DNA of 64,000 nucleotides, from positions 62,016 to 126,015 of the forward strand of contig CAWERC010000001.1 in assembly GCA_963811505.1 (NCBI GenBank), written 5' to 3'. The notes beneath the pieces were generated by a model. The model did no database searches. It saw only the letters and a program-made list of their open reading frames with translations, and was not told the DNA's origin. This document shows, in pieces, positions 26,378 to 35,982 of the stretch. This DNA comes from an uncultured Solirubrobacterales bacterium. GTDB taxonomy: Bacteria > Actinomycetota > Thermoleophilia > Solirubrobacterales > 70-9. The position numbers and the translations under genes are program-made. How positions within the stretch are numbered: position 1 is the stretch's first letter; the number at the start of each line of letters is the position of its first letter.

Positions 26378-26719
26378 CTAGGAGATCTCTTGGCCGGTGT
26401 CGCGAGAGACCGCGCGCTGGAGCGCGAGGCCGAGCCCGGTGACCGCCAGCGCGACCGCGGCCATCGCGATCACGTCGAAGCCGGTGAACGGAAGCGGGCC
26501 TACGTTGCCGCCAAGACCGCTTGCGCTCTCGCCGCCTCCGGCGCCAACGCTCGTACCGGTGTCTCCGCCGCCCGTGCTGATCTGCGACAGGTTGTTGGAG
26601 TATTGGTGCTGACTCGGGGACGTCTGCTGCGCGCCGGCGAACGCGGGCAACAACAGCGCCGCGAAGATCGCCACGACCAACAGCCCGGCGAGCTTTTTCT
26701 TCAGCTGAGTGGTACGCAA
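26378..26719 (-). CDS. Small LPXTG-type cell-wall-anchored Gly/Ser/Thr-rich protein
   Basis: GAAGGAG lies 9 nt before TTG 26719. Signal peptide KKKLAGLLVVAIFAALLLPAFAGA. The C terminus has LPFTG plus a hydrophobic helix plus RAVSRD. Confidence 0.65.
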   Translation of the reverse strand: MRTTQLKKKLAGLLVVAIFAALLLPAFAGAQQTSPSQHQYSNNLSQISTGGGDTGTSVGAGGGESASGLGGNVGPLPFTGFDVIAMAAVALAVTGLGLALQRAVSRDTGQEIS

Positions 26720-26920
26720 GCTACGGATCTCCTTCTCGGAATTTGCGAGGTGAACGCGGACGAGAGTAGGAACGCCGAGTGAGAACAGCGTGAGCCTGGG
26801 ATGAGAACCGCTCTCATGGTCCTGCCTCATGCGCGTCTCATGCAGTTCTCATCGCCATCTCATCCGGATCCGCGAGGCTTGCAAGCGGATGCGCACGTTG
26901 CCCTGTAAGGGGACGCGCGG

Positions 26921-27328
26921 GTGACTGGGAGTCATTCGCGCCTCGTAGCCGTTCAGGCGGTTGTCGTAGGCGTGCTCATGGTGATCGTCTTCGTCACCCT
27001 CCTGCAGCCGGAGAGCGATCGGCCGCTGACCGGCGTCGAGGCGCCCGGCGAGCCCAACCGAAGCGAGCTCCCCGGCCCGGTGTACACCGGGCCCAGCGAG
27101 CCCGGCGGCGGCCAGCCCGGCGGGGGTGGCCAGCCCGGCGGCGGCGGCCCGGGTGGCCCCGGTGGTCCCGCGGGCCCCGGCGGGGGCGCACCGGGCGCCC
27201 CGGAGCTCGGACCGACCGCTCCCGGCGGAGGCGGCGGGACCGCGCCCGGCAGCGGTGGCGGCGGCGACACGCCCAGCGACGACCAGTATGGGGACACGCT
27301 CACGCGCCTGGTCGCACGCCTGAACTGA
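26921..27328 (+). CDS. Single-pass membrane protein with Gly/Pro low-complexity ectodomain
   Basis: 135-aa ORF with TM segment VVVGVLMVIVFVTLL, then GGGQPGGGGQPGGGGPGGPGGPAGPGGG. Confidence 0.5.
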   Translation: MTGSHSRLVAVQAVVVGVLMVIVFVTLLQPESDRPLTGVEAPGEPNRSELPGPVYTGPSEPGGGQPGGGGQPGGGGPGGPGGPAGPGGGAPGAPELGPTAPGGGGGTAPGSGGGGDTPSDDQYGDTLTRLVARLN

Positions 27329-27368
27329 CCGCGGCGCACCCACGGCCTAGGCAGATGTTCTAGGCCCG

Positions 27369-28865
27369 GTGCACGCCAAATGGCAGTGGTCGCGCCCGAT
27401 CCCGGCTACAGTTTTCGGCGTGTTGATCGACTCCCGGACCCGCGCCGCGGAGGGCGAGATCACCGAAAGCGCGGACACCCGCGTATCGCTTTTGTCGGGC
27501 GTCCGCACCCGGGTCCTGGTCTCGTTTCTCGCGCTGCTGGTGCTGTCCACCGCAGCGTCGGTGTTCGTTCTGCGCCAGGTCCTGCTGTCGCGGATCGGCG
27601 ACCAGGTCGAAAAGGAGCTTGTCCGCGACATCGAATCGCTGCAGGACGTCTCCGAGGCGGGCCGGCCGCCGAACGGCCGCCCGTTCACCGGCGTCTCCCA
27701 GCTGTTCGAGACCTACCTGCGTCAGACGGCGGCGCCGGCGGACGGGGCGCTGGTCACGTTCATCAACGGCGAGGTCTACCGGGCCGAGGTCGCGGATCCG
27801 AGCCAGTCGAAGCTCGGCGGCGCCTACGGATCGCTGTCGACCAGCAAGGCGCCGACCAGCGGCGCGCTCGACACCCCCCTGGGCGAGTCGCGCTACGTGG
27901 CCGTGCCGGTCTCGATCGGCAAGTCCCACGGCGTCCTCGTAGTCGCCTCGCTGACCACCGACGAGCGCGATCAGGTGGAGAGCGCGGTGCGGATCGCGAT
28001 CGGAGTCTCGATCGTCGTCCTCCTGCTCGCCTCGCTGTTCATCTGGCTCGCCGCGGGCCGAGCGATCGCCCCGCTCGAGGCGCTCTCGCGTACCGCCCGG
28101 AACATCTCCGAGACCGACCTCTCCGGCCGCATCCCGGTCCGTGGCAACGACGAGATCGGCGAGCTCGGGCGCACCTTCAACAGCATGCTCGACCGGCTGG
28201 AGACCGCGTTCGCCAACCAGAAGGACTTCCTCTCCGACGTCAGCCACGAGCTGCGGACGCCGATCACCGTGATCCGCGGCCACCTCGAGACGCTCGGCGA
28301 CTCCCCCGAGGAGCGCGAGGAGGCGATCCTCGTGATCCAGGACGAGCTCGACCAGATGAGCCGCTACGTCGACGACCTGCTGCTGCTCGCCAAAGCGCCG
28401 CGGCCCGACTTCCTGCGGACCGGCCCCGTCGACCTCGACCTGTTCACGCACGACCTGTTCGCGAAGGCGCGCAGCCTCGGTGATCGCGACTGGCGCCTCG
28501 ACGGCACCGGGGTCGGGATCGTCGTGGCGGACCAGCAGCGGCTCACCCAGGCGGTCATGAACCTGGCCGAGAACGCCGTCCGCTACACGCGCGAGGGCGA
28601 GGCGATCTGGCTCGGGAGCTCGCTGATCGGTGAACGCGCCAGGCTCTGGGTACGCGACGAGGGACCGGGGATCGACAAGCAGGACCGCGAGCGGATCTTC
28701 AACCGCTACGCGCGCGCCGACACGAGCTCGGATGGGCTCGGGCTCGGGCTCTCGATCGTGCAGGCGATCGCCGAGGCGCACGGCGGCCAGGTCGAGCTCG
28801 ACTCGCGGCCGGGACTGGGCGCCACCTTCACGATCGTTCTGCCCGCCTCCAGTCCCCTGCCGTGA
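27369..28865 (+). CDS. Sensor histidine kinase (TM-sensor-TM-HAMP-HisKA-HATPase)
   Basis: H-box SHELRTPITVIRGH, N-box NLAENAVRYT and G-boxes DEGPGI / GLGLGLSIV. The exact start is uncertain. Confidence 0.85.
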   Translation: MHAKWQWSRPIPATVFGVLIDSRTRAAEGEITESADTRVSLLSGVRTRVLVSFLALLVLSTAASVFVLRQVLLSRIGDQVEKELVRDIESLQDVSEAGRPPNGRPFTGVSQLFETYLRQTAAPADGALVTFINGEVYRAEVADPSQSKLGGAYGSLSTSKAPTSGALDTPLGESRYVAVPVSIGKSHGVLVVASLTTDERDQVESAVRIAIGVSIVVLLLASLFIWLAAGRAIAPLEALSRTARNISETDLSGRIPVRGNDEIGELGRTFNSMLDRLETAFANQKDFLSDVSHELRTPITVIRGHLETLGDSPEEREEAILVIQDELDQMSRYVDDLLLLAKAPRPDFLRTGPVDLDLFTHDLFAKARSLGDRDWRLDGTGVGIVVADQQRLTQAVMNLAENAVRYTREGEAIWLGSSLIGERARLWVRDEGPGIDKQDRERIFNRYARADTSSDGLGLGLSIVQAIAEAHGGQVELDSRPGLGATFTIVLPASSPLP

Positions 28866-29524
28866 GCCGGATCCTGATCGCCGAGGATGAGGCGCGGCTC
28901 GCCTCGTTCCTCGAGAAGGGCCTGCGAGCGAGCGGCTTCACGACGACGACCGTCGGCGACGGGCTCAGCGCCCAGGCGCTCGCCTCCGACGACGACTTCG
29001 ACCTCCTGATCCTCGACCTCAGCCTGCCGCGCAAGGACGGCCTGGAGGTGCTCCGCGAGCTTCGCGCCGCCGGCCAGCGGCTGCCGGTGATCGTGCTGAC
29101 CGCCCGCGGCGACCCGCACGACCGGGTCGAGGGCCTGGAGACGGGTGCCGACGACTACCTGCCCAAGCCCTTCCACTTCGAGGAGCTGGTGGCGCGGATC
29201 CGGGTCCAGCTGCGCGGCGACGGACCGGCGACCGAGGAGACGCAGCTGCGCATCGGCGAGGTCGCGCTCGACCTGCGGACCCGCTGGGCGAGCGTCGCCG
29301 GCGACACGGTCGAGCTCAGCGCGCGCGAGTTCGAGCTCCTGCGCACCTTCCTCCAGCACCCCAACCAGGTGCTGAGCCGCGAGCAGCTGCTGGCGCGGGT
29401 CTGGGGCTACGACTACGACCCGGGATCGAACGTGGTCGACGTCTACGTCGGCTATCTGCGCAAGAAGCTCGGCCAGGGCCGGTTCGAGACGGTGCGCGGG
29501 GTCGGCTACCGCTTCCGCGCCTGA
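28862..29524 (+). CDS. OmpR/PhoB-family response regulator
   Basis: ILIAEDE, DLLILDLSLP and a winged-helix C terminus (RVWGYDYDPGSNVVDVYVGYLRKKL). Its GTG overlaps the kinase stop (GTGA). Confidence 0.9.
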   Translation: MSRILIAEDEARLASFLEKGLRASGFTTTTVGDGLSAQALASDDDFDLLILDLSLPRKDGLEVLRELRAAGQRLPVIVLTARGDPHDRVEGLETGADDYLPKPFHFEELVARIRVQLRGDGPATEETQLRIGEVALDLRTRWASVAGDTVELSAREFELLRTFLQHPNQVLSREQLLARVWGYDYDPGSNVVDVYVGYLRKKLGQGRFETVRGVGYRFRA

Positions 29525-31035
29525 GCGAGGTTCACGGTCGCGGTCGCGGGCGCCGGCGCGGTCGCGTCGGGAAGCTCCAGGCTCGGCGCCGCATCGCGCA
29601 GGTGCTGGGGCAGGACGAGCGCGTTGGCACCACGCACCGGTGGGCGGCGCAGGTCCCGCAGCGGCACGGCGATCGTCTCGACCCCGATCAGCAGGTCGAA
29701 GATCGGGGAGCGGTGCTTGAGGTAGTAGAGGTCGAACGAGAGCTTCCAGGCGGTCCCAGCCTTGCTGCCGGCGTAGCCGCAGCTCACCTGCGCCCAGCCG
29801 GTGAGACCCGGCTTGACCATCAGGCGGCGGTCGTAGAACGGCAGCTCGGTTTCCAGCCGCTGCACGAACTCGCGCCGCTCCGGACGCGGGCCGACCACGG
29901 ACATCTGGCCCTTGACGACGTTCCAGAGCTGCGGCATCTCGTCGATGTGGGTCTGTCGAAGGATGCGGCCGACGCGGGTCTGGCGGGCGTCGTCGGAGCC
30001 CGACCACTGCGGCGTGCCCTCCGCCTCGGCGTCGACCCGCATCGTGCGCAGCTTGCGCAGCGTGAACTCCTCGCCGCCCTCGCCGACCCGGCGCTGGACG
30101 TGGAAGATCGGGCCCGGCCCGCCGAACAGCTTCACGGCCAGCATGGCGAGCAGGAACAGCGGCGTCAGGGCGACCGCGATCCCGAGCGCGAACACGAAGT
30201 CGTAGATCCGCTTGCGGCCCGGCGGGGTGGCGTGAAAGCGCGGATGGATCACGTACTGGAACCAGGCGGCGTTGATCGCCGCGAGCGGCACGTGCCCGAA
30301 GTTCTGCTCGAAGAACTGGTCCGCGCCGATCACCCGCAGGTCGAGGTCGACGCAGACCTCGACCACGCGTTCGAGGGCGCTGATCGAGTCGACGCCGAGC
30401 CACTCGCCGGCGTGGCGCTCTGACTCGCGGACGCCGAAGACGAGCAGATCGATGTCGTGCTCCGCGACGATCGAGTCGATCGAGTCCGCGAAGCCGAGCG
30501 ACGGGGGGGCATCCTCGGTGCCCTGCAGGCCGTCATCGGTGAAGTCGACCCAGCCGACGAGCTCCCAGCGACGGAGCTCGAGCAGCTCGAGCTCGGCCCC
30601 GAGCGCCGCGGCGAGCTCCGGCGAGCCGATCACGGCGACGCGGACGGCCAGCTTCGGCTCGAGGCTCGAGGTCAGCCCGATTCCGAATCCGAGCATGAGC
30701 CAGGCGGCGAGCAGCGGGATGACGAGCTCGCCGACGCCCAGCGGCGCCAGGGCGAGGGAGACCAGCCAGGCGCAGAAGACGCCCGCGAATACCGCCAACC
30801 CGCGGGCGAGAGCGCCGCCCAGCGGCATCAGGTGAAGCGGATGACTGCCCCTGCCGAGCGCCCACGAGGACGTGAGAACGCCCGCTCCGACGAGGACCGC
30901 GGCGCCGACGTCGACGTGACCGAGAGCGACGGCAGCGGCGACCAGCGCCGGTGCAACCTCGAGGCACGCGAAGTCGAGCGTGCGCTGCGCGGGCAGCGCG
31001 CTCATCCGTGATCGCTTCTTCGCCGGCGTGCGCAT
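29506..31035 (-). CDS. Exopolysaccharide priming polyprenyl-phosphate glycosyl-1-phosphate transferase (WbaP/EpsB-like sugar transferase)
   Basis: Conserved C-terminal catalytic domain RVGRILRQTHIDEMPQLWNVVKGQMSVVGPRPE ... KPGLTGWAQV, with an N-terminal multi-TM region. Confidence 0.85.
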   Translation of the reverse strand: MRTPAKKRSRMSALPAQRTLDFACLEVAPALVAAAVALGHVDVGAAVLVGAGVLTSSWALGRGSHPLHLMPLGGALARGLAVFAGVFCAWLVSLALAPLGVGELVIPLLAAWLMLGFGIGLTSSLEPKLAVRVAVIGSPELAAALGAELELLELRRWELVGWVDFTDDGLQGTEDAPPSLGFADSIDSIVAEHDIDLLVFGVRESERHAGEWLGVDSISALERVVEVCVDLDLRVIGADQFFEQNFGHVPLAAINAAWFQYVIHPRFHATPPGRKRIYDFVFALGIAVALTPLFLLAMLAVKLFGGPGPIFHVQRRVGEGGEEFTLRKLRTMRVDAEAEGTPQWSGSDDARQTRVGRILRQTHIDEMPQLWNVVKGQMSVVGPRPERREFVQRLETELPFYDRRLMVKPGLTGWAQVSCGYAGSKAGTAWKLSFDLYYLKHRSPIFDLLIGVETIAVPLRDLRRPPVRGANALVLPQHLRDAAPSLELPDATAPAPATATVNLAQARKR

Positions 31036-31092
31036 ATTCCCTTGCCTGCACTATCGGCAGGCACGGCCGGTTACCTGACCGAGTTCGGCGGC

Positions 31093-31494
31093 TCAGGCCG
31101 CGTCTTCGAGCGCGTTGCGAAGGTCGAAGGCCCGGATTCCCTCCGGCCCTTCGTCGGTGCAGTCGAAGAAGCGGGGATTCACGCACGCGTACGCGGCGCC
31201 GTCACCCTCGTAGGACGGCTCGACCCGGAACTGGCACTGGGGAAGCGGAGCGCCCGACATCTTGATCCCGCCGTAGCCCCCGTCGGCCTCGGCGAGCTCG
31301 AACATGTCGACGTCGATCTCGGCCCGGAAGACCTTGCGGATGCAGCCCATGTAGCGGCCTCCGGTGAGCTGGTCCTCGTAGCTGTAGAGGTATCGGCAAC
31401 CGAGCTCGATGCACCCGCGCGGCTCGATCAGCTTGTCGCAGAACGTCCGGCAGCGCCGGCATTCACTGACCTGGGTCCGCTGGATCGTCGCCAC
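31093..31494 (-). CDS. Cys-rich hypothetical protein (9 Cys, N-terminal CxxCxxxC)
   Basis: 133-aa ORF 9 nt downstream of the dnaE stop on the same strand. Contains ECRRCRTFC, GCIELGC and further Cys residues. Confidence 0.55.
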   Translation of the reverse strand: MATIQRTQVSECRRCRTFCDKLIEPRGCIELGCRYLYSYEDQLTGGRYMGCIRKVFRAEIDVDMFELAEADGGYGGIKMSGAPLPQCQFRVEPSYEGDGAAYACVNPRFFDCTDEGPEGIRAFDLRNALEDAA

Positions 31495-31503
31495 GAAAGA
31501 AGT

Positions 31504-34500
31504 CTATGCCGCGAGCGCTGTGGGACCCAAAAGCTGATCGAGCTCAGCGCGCAGCGCCGGTGACGGCGCAACGCGGTAGTCGGTGCCGAAGCGCAGCCGG
31601 CGGATGCCCTCGCGCGTCCGCATCTCGAGCAGGACCTCGTTCTCGCCCGGGAAGTCGCCGAACAGCGACTTCAGCTCCTCGATCAGGCCGGCGCCGAACT
31701 CGGCCGCGTTGACACGCAGGACGAGCGGCCCGGCCGACTGGCTGGCCTTCGCCCTCGCGGCGGCCACCTCGTCCGCTCCCGGCTCGAAGCTCTCGGCCTC
31801 GTGGACGACGAGGCTGAGCTTGCCGCCCTCGCCCTTGTCCACCCGCCCGCGGATCACGACGACGCGGTCGACCTCGATCACCTCGGCGACCTCGGACGCC
31901 GCGTCACGGACGAACAGCTCGAGGCGGCCCTCCAGGTCGTCGAGGGCGGCGAACATCACGTAACCGCCGCGGCGCGTGCGCACCTTCTTCGCCTCGGCGA
32001 CGATCCCGCCGACCGTCACCCATGCGCCGTCGGACATCGAGGGAACGTCGGCGAGCGGGCGCTCGACCCGGGCGCGCAGCGCCTCCCGAACCTCGCCCAA
32101 GGGATGGGCGGAGACGAACGTCCCCAGGGTCTCCTTCTCCAGCCGCAGCAGCTCGCGCTGGTCGAACTCGTCGGCGGCGACCGGCGGGTTGGCGGGCGCC
32201 GCGAAGGCCGCCGGCGCCTGCTCGGGCCCACCGAGATCGAAGATCGAGCCCTGGCCGCGGCGGGAGTCCTCCTGCGCCTTCTGGCCCGCCGACTGGGCCG
32301 CGGTCAGCGCCTCGAGCATCCCCTTGCGCGAGTCGCCGGTCGAGTCGAGCGCCCCGCACTTGATGAGGCACTCGATCGCCCGCTTGTTGACGGCCCGCGA
32401 GTCGGCGCGCTCGCAGAAGTCCCAGATCGACTCGAACGGCCCGTCCGCCTCGCGCGAGGCGATGATCGTCTGCACCGCGGCGTGGCCGACGTTCTTGACC
32501 GCGTCGAGCCCGAAGCGGATCGAGTTGCCGGAGACGACGAAGCCGTGATCGGAGGAGTTCACGTCCGGCGGCAGGACCTCGATCCCCATCTCCTCGCAGC
32601 GGTTGACGAAGAACGGAACCTTGTCCTTGGTCGACATCACCGACGAGATCACCGCGGCCATGTACTCGGCGGGGTAGTTGGCCTTCAGGTAGGCCGTGCG
32701 GTAGGAGATCATCGCGTAGCAGGCCGCGTGGGACTTGTTGAACGAGTAGTCGGCGGCCGCGGTCATCAGCGACCAGAGGTCCTTGCTGACCGCCGGCGCG
32801 GTCCCGGACGCGGCGCAGCCGTCGGCGAACATCCCCTGCATCGTCGCCATCAGGTCGCGCTTCTTCTTGCCGACGGCCTTGCGCAGGTCGTCGGCCTCGG
32901 CGGGCGTGAAGCCCGCGATCTGCTTCGAGATCTCCATCAGCTGCTCCTGATAGATGCAGCAGCCGTAAGTCGGCTCGGTGATCGCGCGCAACCGCGGGTC
33001 GGCGTAGGTGACGCTCGCCGGGTTGCGCTTGCCGCGCGCGTAGTCGTCGATGTAGCGCATCGCCCCCGGCCGGTAGAGGGAGACGAGGGCGACGATGTCG
33101 TCGAACTCGGTCGGGCGCACCTTGCGCAGCGCGTCGCGCATCCCCTCGGATTCGAGCTGGAAGACCCCGACCGAGTCGCCACGGGCGAGCATCTCGTAGG
33201 TCTTCGCGTCGTCCATCGGGATCGCGTCCATCTCGAGCTCGTCGCCGCGCGAGCGCCGGATGATCTCGACCGCGTCCTCGATGACGTCGAGGTTGCGAAG
33301 CCCGAGGAAGTCCATCTTCAGCAGCCCGATCTCCTCGATCGGCCCCATCGAGTACTGGGTGACGATCTTGTAGGAGCGCTCGGGCTTGCCGTTCGCGCCG
33401 TTGGCGGCGGGAGCCCCGCGGTCCTCGGCGAGCTGCAGGGGCACGATCTCGTCCAGCGGGCGGTCGGCGATCACCACCGCGGCGGCGTGGATCGAGTTGT
33501 TGCGGACGATCCCCTCCAGCCCCTGCGCGACCTCGACGATCTTGCGCACGTCGCGATCGGCGTCGACGGCCTTGCGCAGGTCCTGGCCCGGCCGCAGGCA
33601 GTCCTCGAAGCTCGGGCTGCGGCCCATGATCGGCTCCGGGATCAGCTTCGCGGCCCGGTCCCCCGTCGCGTAGTCGTAGCCGAGCACCCGGGCCGAGTCG
33701 CGGGTCGCCGCCCGCGGCGCCATCTTGCCGAAGGTGATGATCTGGGCCACCGACTCGCGCCCGTACTTCTCCTGCACGTAGCGGATCACCCGCTCCCGGC
33801 CCCGGACCGAGAAGTCGATGTCGATGTCGGGCATCGACTTGCGCGCCGGGTTCAGGAAGCGCTCGAACAGGAGCTCGTTGGCGAGCGGATCGAGGTCGGT
33901 GATGTTGAGCGCGTAGGCGACGATCGAGCCGGCCGCCGAGCCGCGGCCCGGGCCGACCGCGATCGCGTTGTCCTTCGCGTACTTGACGAAGTCCCAGACG
34001 ATCAGGAAGTAGGACTCGAACCCCATCTCGCCGATCACCCCGAGCTCGAACTCGAGCCGCTCGACCGCCTCCGCGGGCGGCGGGTCGCCATAGCGGCGGC
34101 GGAGCCCCTCGCGCGCGAGCCGGTCGAGCATCGCCGCGGGCTCTTCCCCGCCGGGGGTCGGGAAACGTGGCAGCAGCAGCTTGCCGAGCTCGAGCTCGAC
34201 CTCGCAGCGCTCGGCGATCTCGAGCGTCGTCGCGACCGAGCCGGGCCACTCCTTGAACGACTCCTCCATCTCCGCCGGGCTCTTGAGGAAGAACTCGTTC
34301 GTGTCGAAGGTCAGCTTCGGCTGCTCGAGCGTCGACTTCGTCTGCACGCAGAGCAGCGCGGCGTGGTTGTCGTAGTCGGAGCGGTGCAGGTAATGCACGT
34401 CGGCCGTCGCGACCAGCGGCCGGCCGAGCTCGCGGGCGTAGCGGGCGATGCCCTCGTTCGCCTTCGCCTGCTCCGCGATCCCGTTCTCCTGGACCTCGAA

Positions 34501-35031
34501 GTAGACGTCGTCGGCGCCGAAGACCTGGACCAGGTCGTCGAGGTGGGCGCGGGCATCCGCCGGGCGCTCCTCGACCAGGCGGCGGCAGAAGCGCGACTGC
34601 AGGCAGCCGGTGAGCGCGATCACGCCGTCCGCGTGGCGGGAGAGCAGCTCCATGTCGACGTTCGCCTTGCCGCGTGAGAAGCCCTCCAGGAACCCGGCGG
34701 AGGTGAGCTTCACGAGGTTGCGAAAGCCGGTGTCGTCGGCGGCGAGCAGCGTCAGGTGGTTGCGCTCGACCCGCCCCTCGGCGCGGCGGTCGTCGACCAG
34801 GTAGGCCTCGAGCCCGAGGATTGGCTTGATCCCGTGCTCGCGGCAGGCCTTGTAGTGCTCGACCGCCCCGTTCATCACCCCGTGGTCGGTGAGCCCGAGC
34901 GCCGGCATCCCGAGCTCGGCAGCCCGCGCGACGAGCCCGCGATCGACCTTGTCGGCACCCCTGTTGACGATCTTGCAGGCACCGTCGAGCAGCGAGTACT
35001 CACTGTGGACGTGGAGGTGGACGACGCTCAC
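31504..35031 (-). CDS. dnaE: DNA polymerase III alpha subunit
   Basis: 1175 aa. PHP domain VHLHVHSEYSLLDG, with polymerase core and OB-fold regions collinear with DnaE. Confidence 0.95.
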   Translation of the reverse strand: MSVVHLHVHSEYSLLDGACKIVNRGADKVDRGLVARAAELGMPALGLTDHGVMNGAVEHYKACREHGIKPILGLEAYLVDDRRAEGRVERNHLTLLAADDTGFRNLVKLTSAGFLEGFSRGKANVDMELLSRHADGVIALTGCLQSRFCRRLVEERPADARAHLDDLVQVFGADDVYFEVQENGIAEQAKANEGIARYARELGRPLVATADVHYLHRSDYDNHAALLCVQTKSTLEQPKLTFDTNEFFLKSPAEMEESFKEWPGSVATTLEIAERCEVELELGKLLLPRFPTPGGEEPAAMLDRLAREGLRRRYGDPPPAEAVERLEFELGVIGEMGFESYFLIVWDFVKYAKDNAIAVGPGRGSAAGSIVAYALNITDLDPLANELLFERFLNPARKSMPDIDIDFSVRGRERVIRYVQEKYGRESVAQIITFGKMAPRAATRDSARVLGYDYATGDRAAKLIPEPIMGRSPSFEDCLRPGQDLRKAVDADRDVRKIVEVAQGLEGIVRNNSIHAAAVVIADRPLDEIVPLQLAEDRGAPAANGANGKPERSYKIVTQYSMGPIEEIGLLKMDFLGLRNLDVIEDAVEIIRRSRGDELEMDAIPMDDAKTYEMLARGDSVGVFQLESEGMRDALRKVRPTEFDDIVALVSLYRPGAMRYIDDYARGKRNPASVTYADPRLRAITEPTYGCCIYQEQLMEISKQIAGFTPAEADDLRKAVGKKKRDLMATMQGMFADGCAASGTAPAVSKDLWSLMTAAADYSFNKSHAACYAMISYRTAYLKANYPAEYMAAVISSVMSTKDKVPFFVNRCEEMGIEVLPPDVNSSDHGFVVSGNSIRFGLDAVKNVGHAAVQTIIASREADGPFESIWDFCERADSRAVNKRAIECLIKCGALDSTGDSRKGMLEALTAAQSAGQKAQEDSRRGQGSIFDLGGPEQAPAAFAAPANPPVAADEFDQRELLRLEKETLGTFVSAHPLGEVREALRARVERPLADVPSMSDGAWVTVGGIVAEAKKVRTRRGGYVMFAALDDLEGRLELFVRDAASEVAEVIEVDRVVVIRGRVDKGEGGKLSLVVHEAESFEPGADEVAAARAKASQSAGPLVLRVNAAEFGAGLIEELKSLFGDFPGENEVLLEMRTREGIRRLRFGTDYRVAPSPALRAELDQLLGPTALAA

Positions 35032-35100
35032 CGAGCGATCATCGCAAGCGCGCCAGATGCCACCGGCGCGTGATTCCGCAAGCTGCGAGGATCATCGCCG

Positions 35101-35535
35101 GTGATCTGGCTGCTGCGACACGGCGATGCGGAGAGCCACGCCGAAGACGACGCGTCCCGCCCCCTCACCCCCAAGGGCGAGCGCCAGGCGGTCGCGGCCG
35201 GCGTCGCGCTCGCGGCGCTCGACGCCGGGATCGAGACCTGCCTGACGAGCCCCAAGCTGCGCTCGCTCGACACGGCCCGGATCGCCTGCGAAGCGCTCGG
35301 GATCGAGCCTGAGGTCAGCGAGGCGCTGCGCGGCGGCGACTTCGACCCGGCGGAGCTTGCCGCCGGGCGCGGGACGGTGCTCCTGGTCGGCCACGAGCCG
35401 GACTTCTCGCGCGCCGTTCAGCTCGCGACCGGGGGGCGGGTCGAGTTCAAGAAGGGTGGTCTGGCGGCGATCTCCGACTCGACGCTGGTCGCGCTCCTGC
35501 GCCCGGGCCAGCTGCGCCGGCTCGCTCACATGTAG
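35101..35535 (+). CDS. sixA: Phosphohistidine phosphatase SixA-like (histidine phosphatase superfamily)
   Basis: N-terminal IWLLRHGDAE catalytic RHG motif and LLVGHEP. Length is 144 aa. Confidence 0.72.
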   Translation: MIWLLRHGDAESHAEDDASRPLTPKGERQAVAAGVALAALDAGIETCLTSPKLRSLDTARIACEALGIEPEVSEALRGGDFDPAELAAGRGTVLLVGHEPDFSRAVQLATGGRVEFKKGGLAAISDSTLVALLRPGQLRRLAHM

Positions 35536-35905
35536 GGGCCGCCGGCGCCGGCTCGTCGAGCTCCAGGCTGAGCTCGTCGGCGGCCTGGCTGACGGCACGC
35601 AGCATGCGCCCGAGGCTCTCGCGCCCCAGCTCGACGTCGTCGAGCCGCGCGAGAACCAGCTCGACGCGTGCGATCAGCGTCTCGTAGAGCTCGAGCAGGC
35701 GACGGCGGCGATAGTCCAGCGCCTCGTCGATGTCGACGGTCGTCCCCTCCGCCTTGCGGCGCGCCTCGTCCAGAATCCGGTCTGCCTCCTCCCGGACGTC
35801 GTCGAGGATCGCGTCGATGCGGGTCGTGAACTCGGGACCGAGCGGAGCGAGTTCGGTGGCTTCGGGGGTTTCGGGCTCGGTTTTCCTGCGCCGCCACATC
35901 GACAT
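35447..35905 (-). CDS. Small helical/coiled-coil protein (N-terminal motif shared with the 56.6-kb paralog family)
   Basis: TRIDAILDDVREEADRILDEARRKAEG resembles TERIHEIIDAAEKVASEIRTEAEVEA of 56599..57402. The last ~30 aa overlap convergent sixA and look non-protein-like, so the true 3' end is uncertain. Confidence 0.5.
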   Translation of the reverse strand: MSMWRRRKTEPETPEATELAPLGPEFTTRIDAILDDVREEADRILDEARRKAEGTTVDIDEALDYRRRRLLELYETLIARVELVLARLDDVELGRESLGRMLRAVSQAADELSLELDEPAPAAPTCERAGAAGPGAGARPASSRRSPPDHPS

Positions 35906-35982
35906 GACTTATCTCACGTCGTCGGAACCGGGTGGAGCCTTTACGAAGTTCGTGAAAGTTTCGGTTCAGGCGCCCGGGCGCT

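Noticed and set aside
26990-27300. A GGC/CCG-rich low-complexity DNA tract with many overlapping ORFs on both strands.
   Set aside because: It is best explained as the Gly/Pro-rich ectodomain of the 26921..27328 membrane protein. The other ORFs are frame or strand shadows of the same low-complexity repeat.
31801-34677. A 958-aa plus-strand ORF. Similar long antisense ORFs occur at 3639..5138, 18191..19990, 36016..38190, 38824..40734 and 24513..26270.
   Set aside because: They lie antisense to strongly conserved genes (dnaE, gatB, S8 protease, coiled-coil gene, O-antigen ligase, gltX/nfo). Their translations are Arg/Gly/Ala/Pro/Asp-rich low-complexity strings with no motifs. This is the usual stop-codon-poor artefact of very GC-rich DNA.
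35447-35535. An 89-bp convergent overlap between sixA and the small coiled-coil gene, considered as a functional antisense overlap.
   Set aside because: The overlapping C-terminal ~30 aa of the minus-strand ORF (APAAPTCERAGAAGPGAGARPASSRRSPPDHPS) look like out-of-frame read-through in stop-poor DNA. The overlap is more likely an unresolved 3' end than a regulatory feature.
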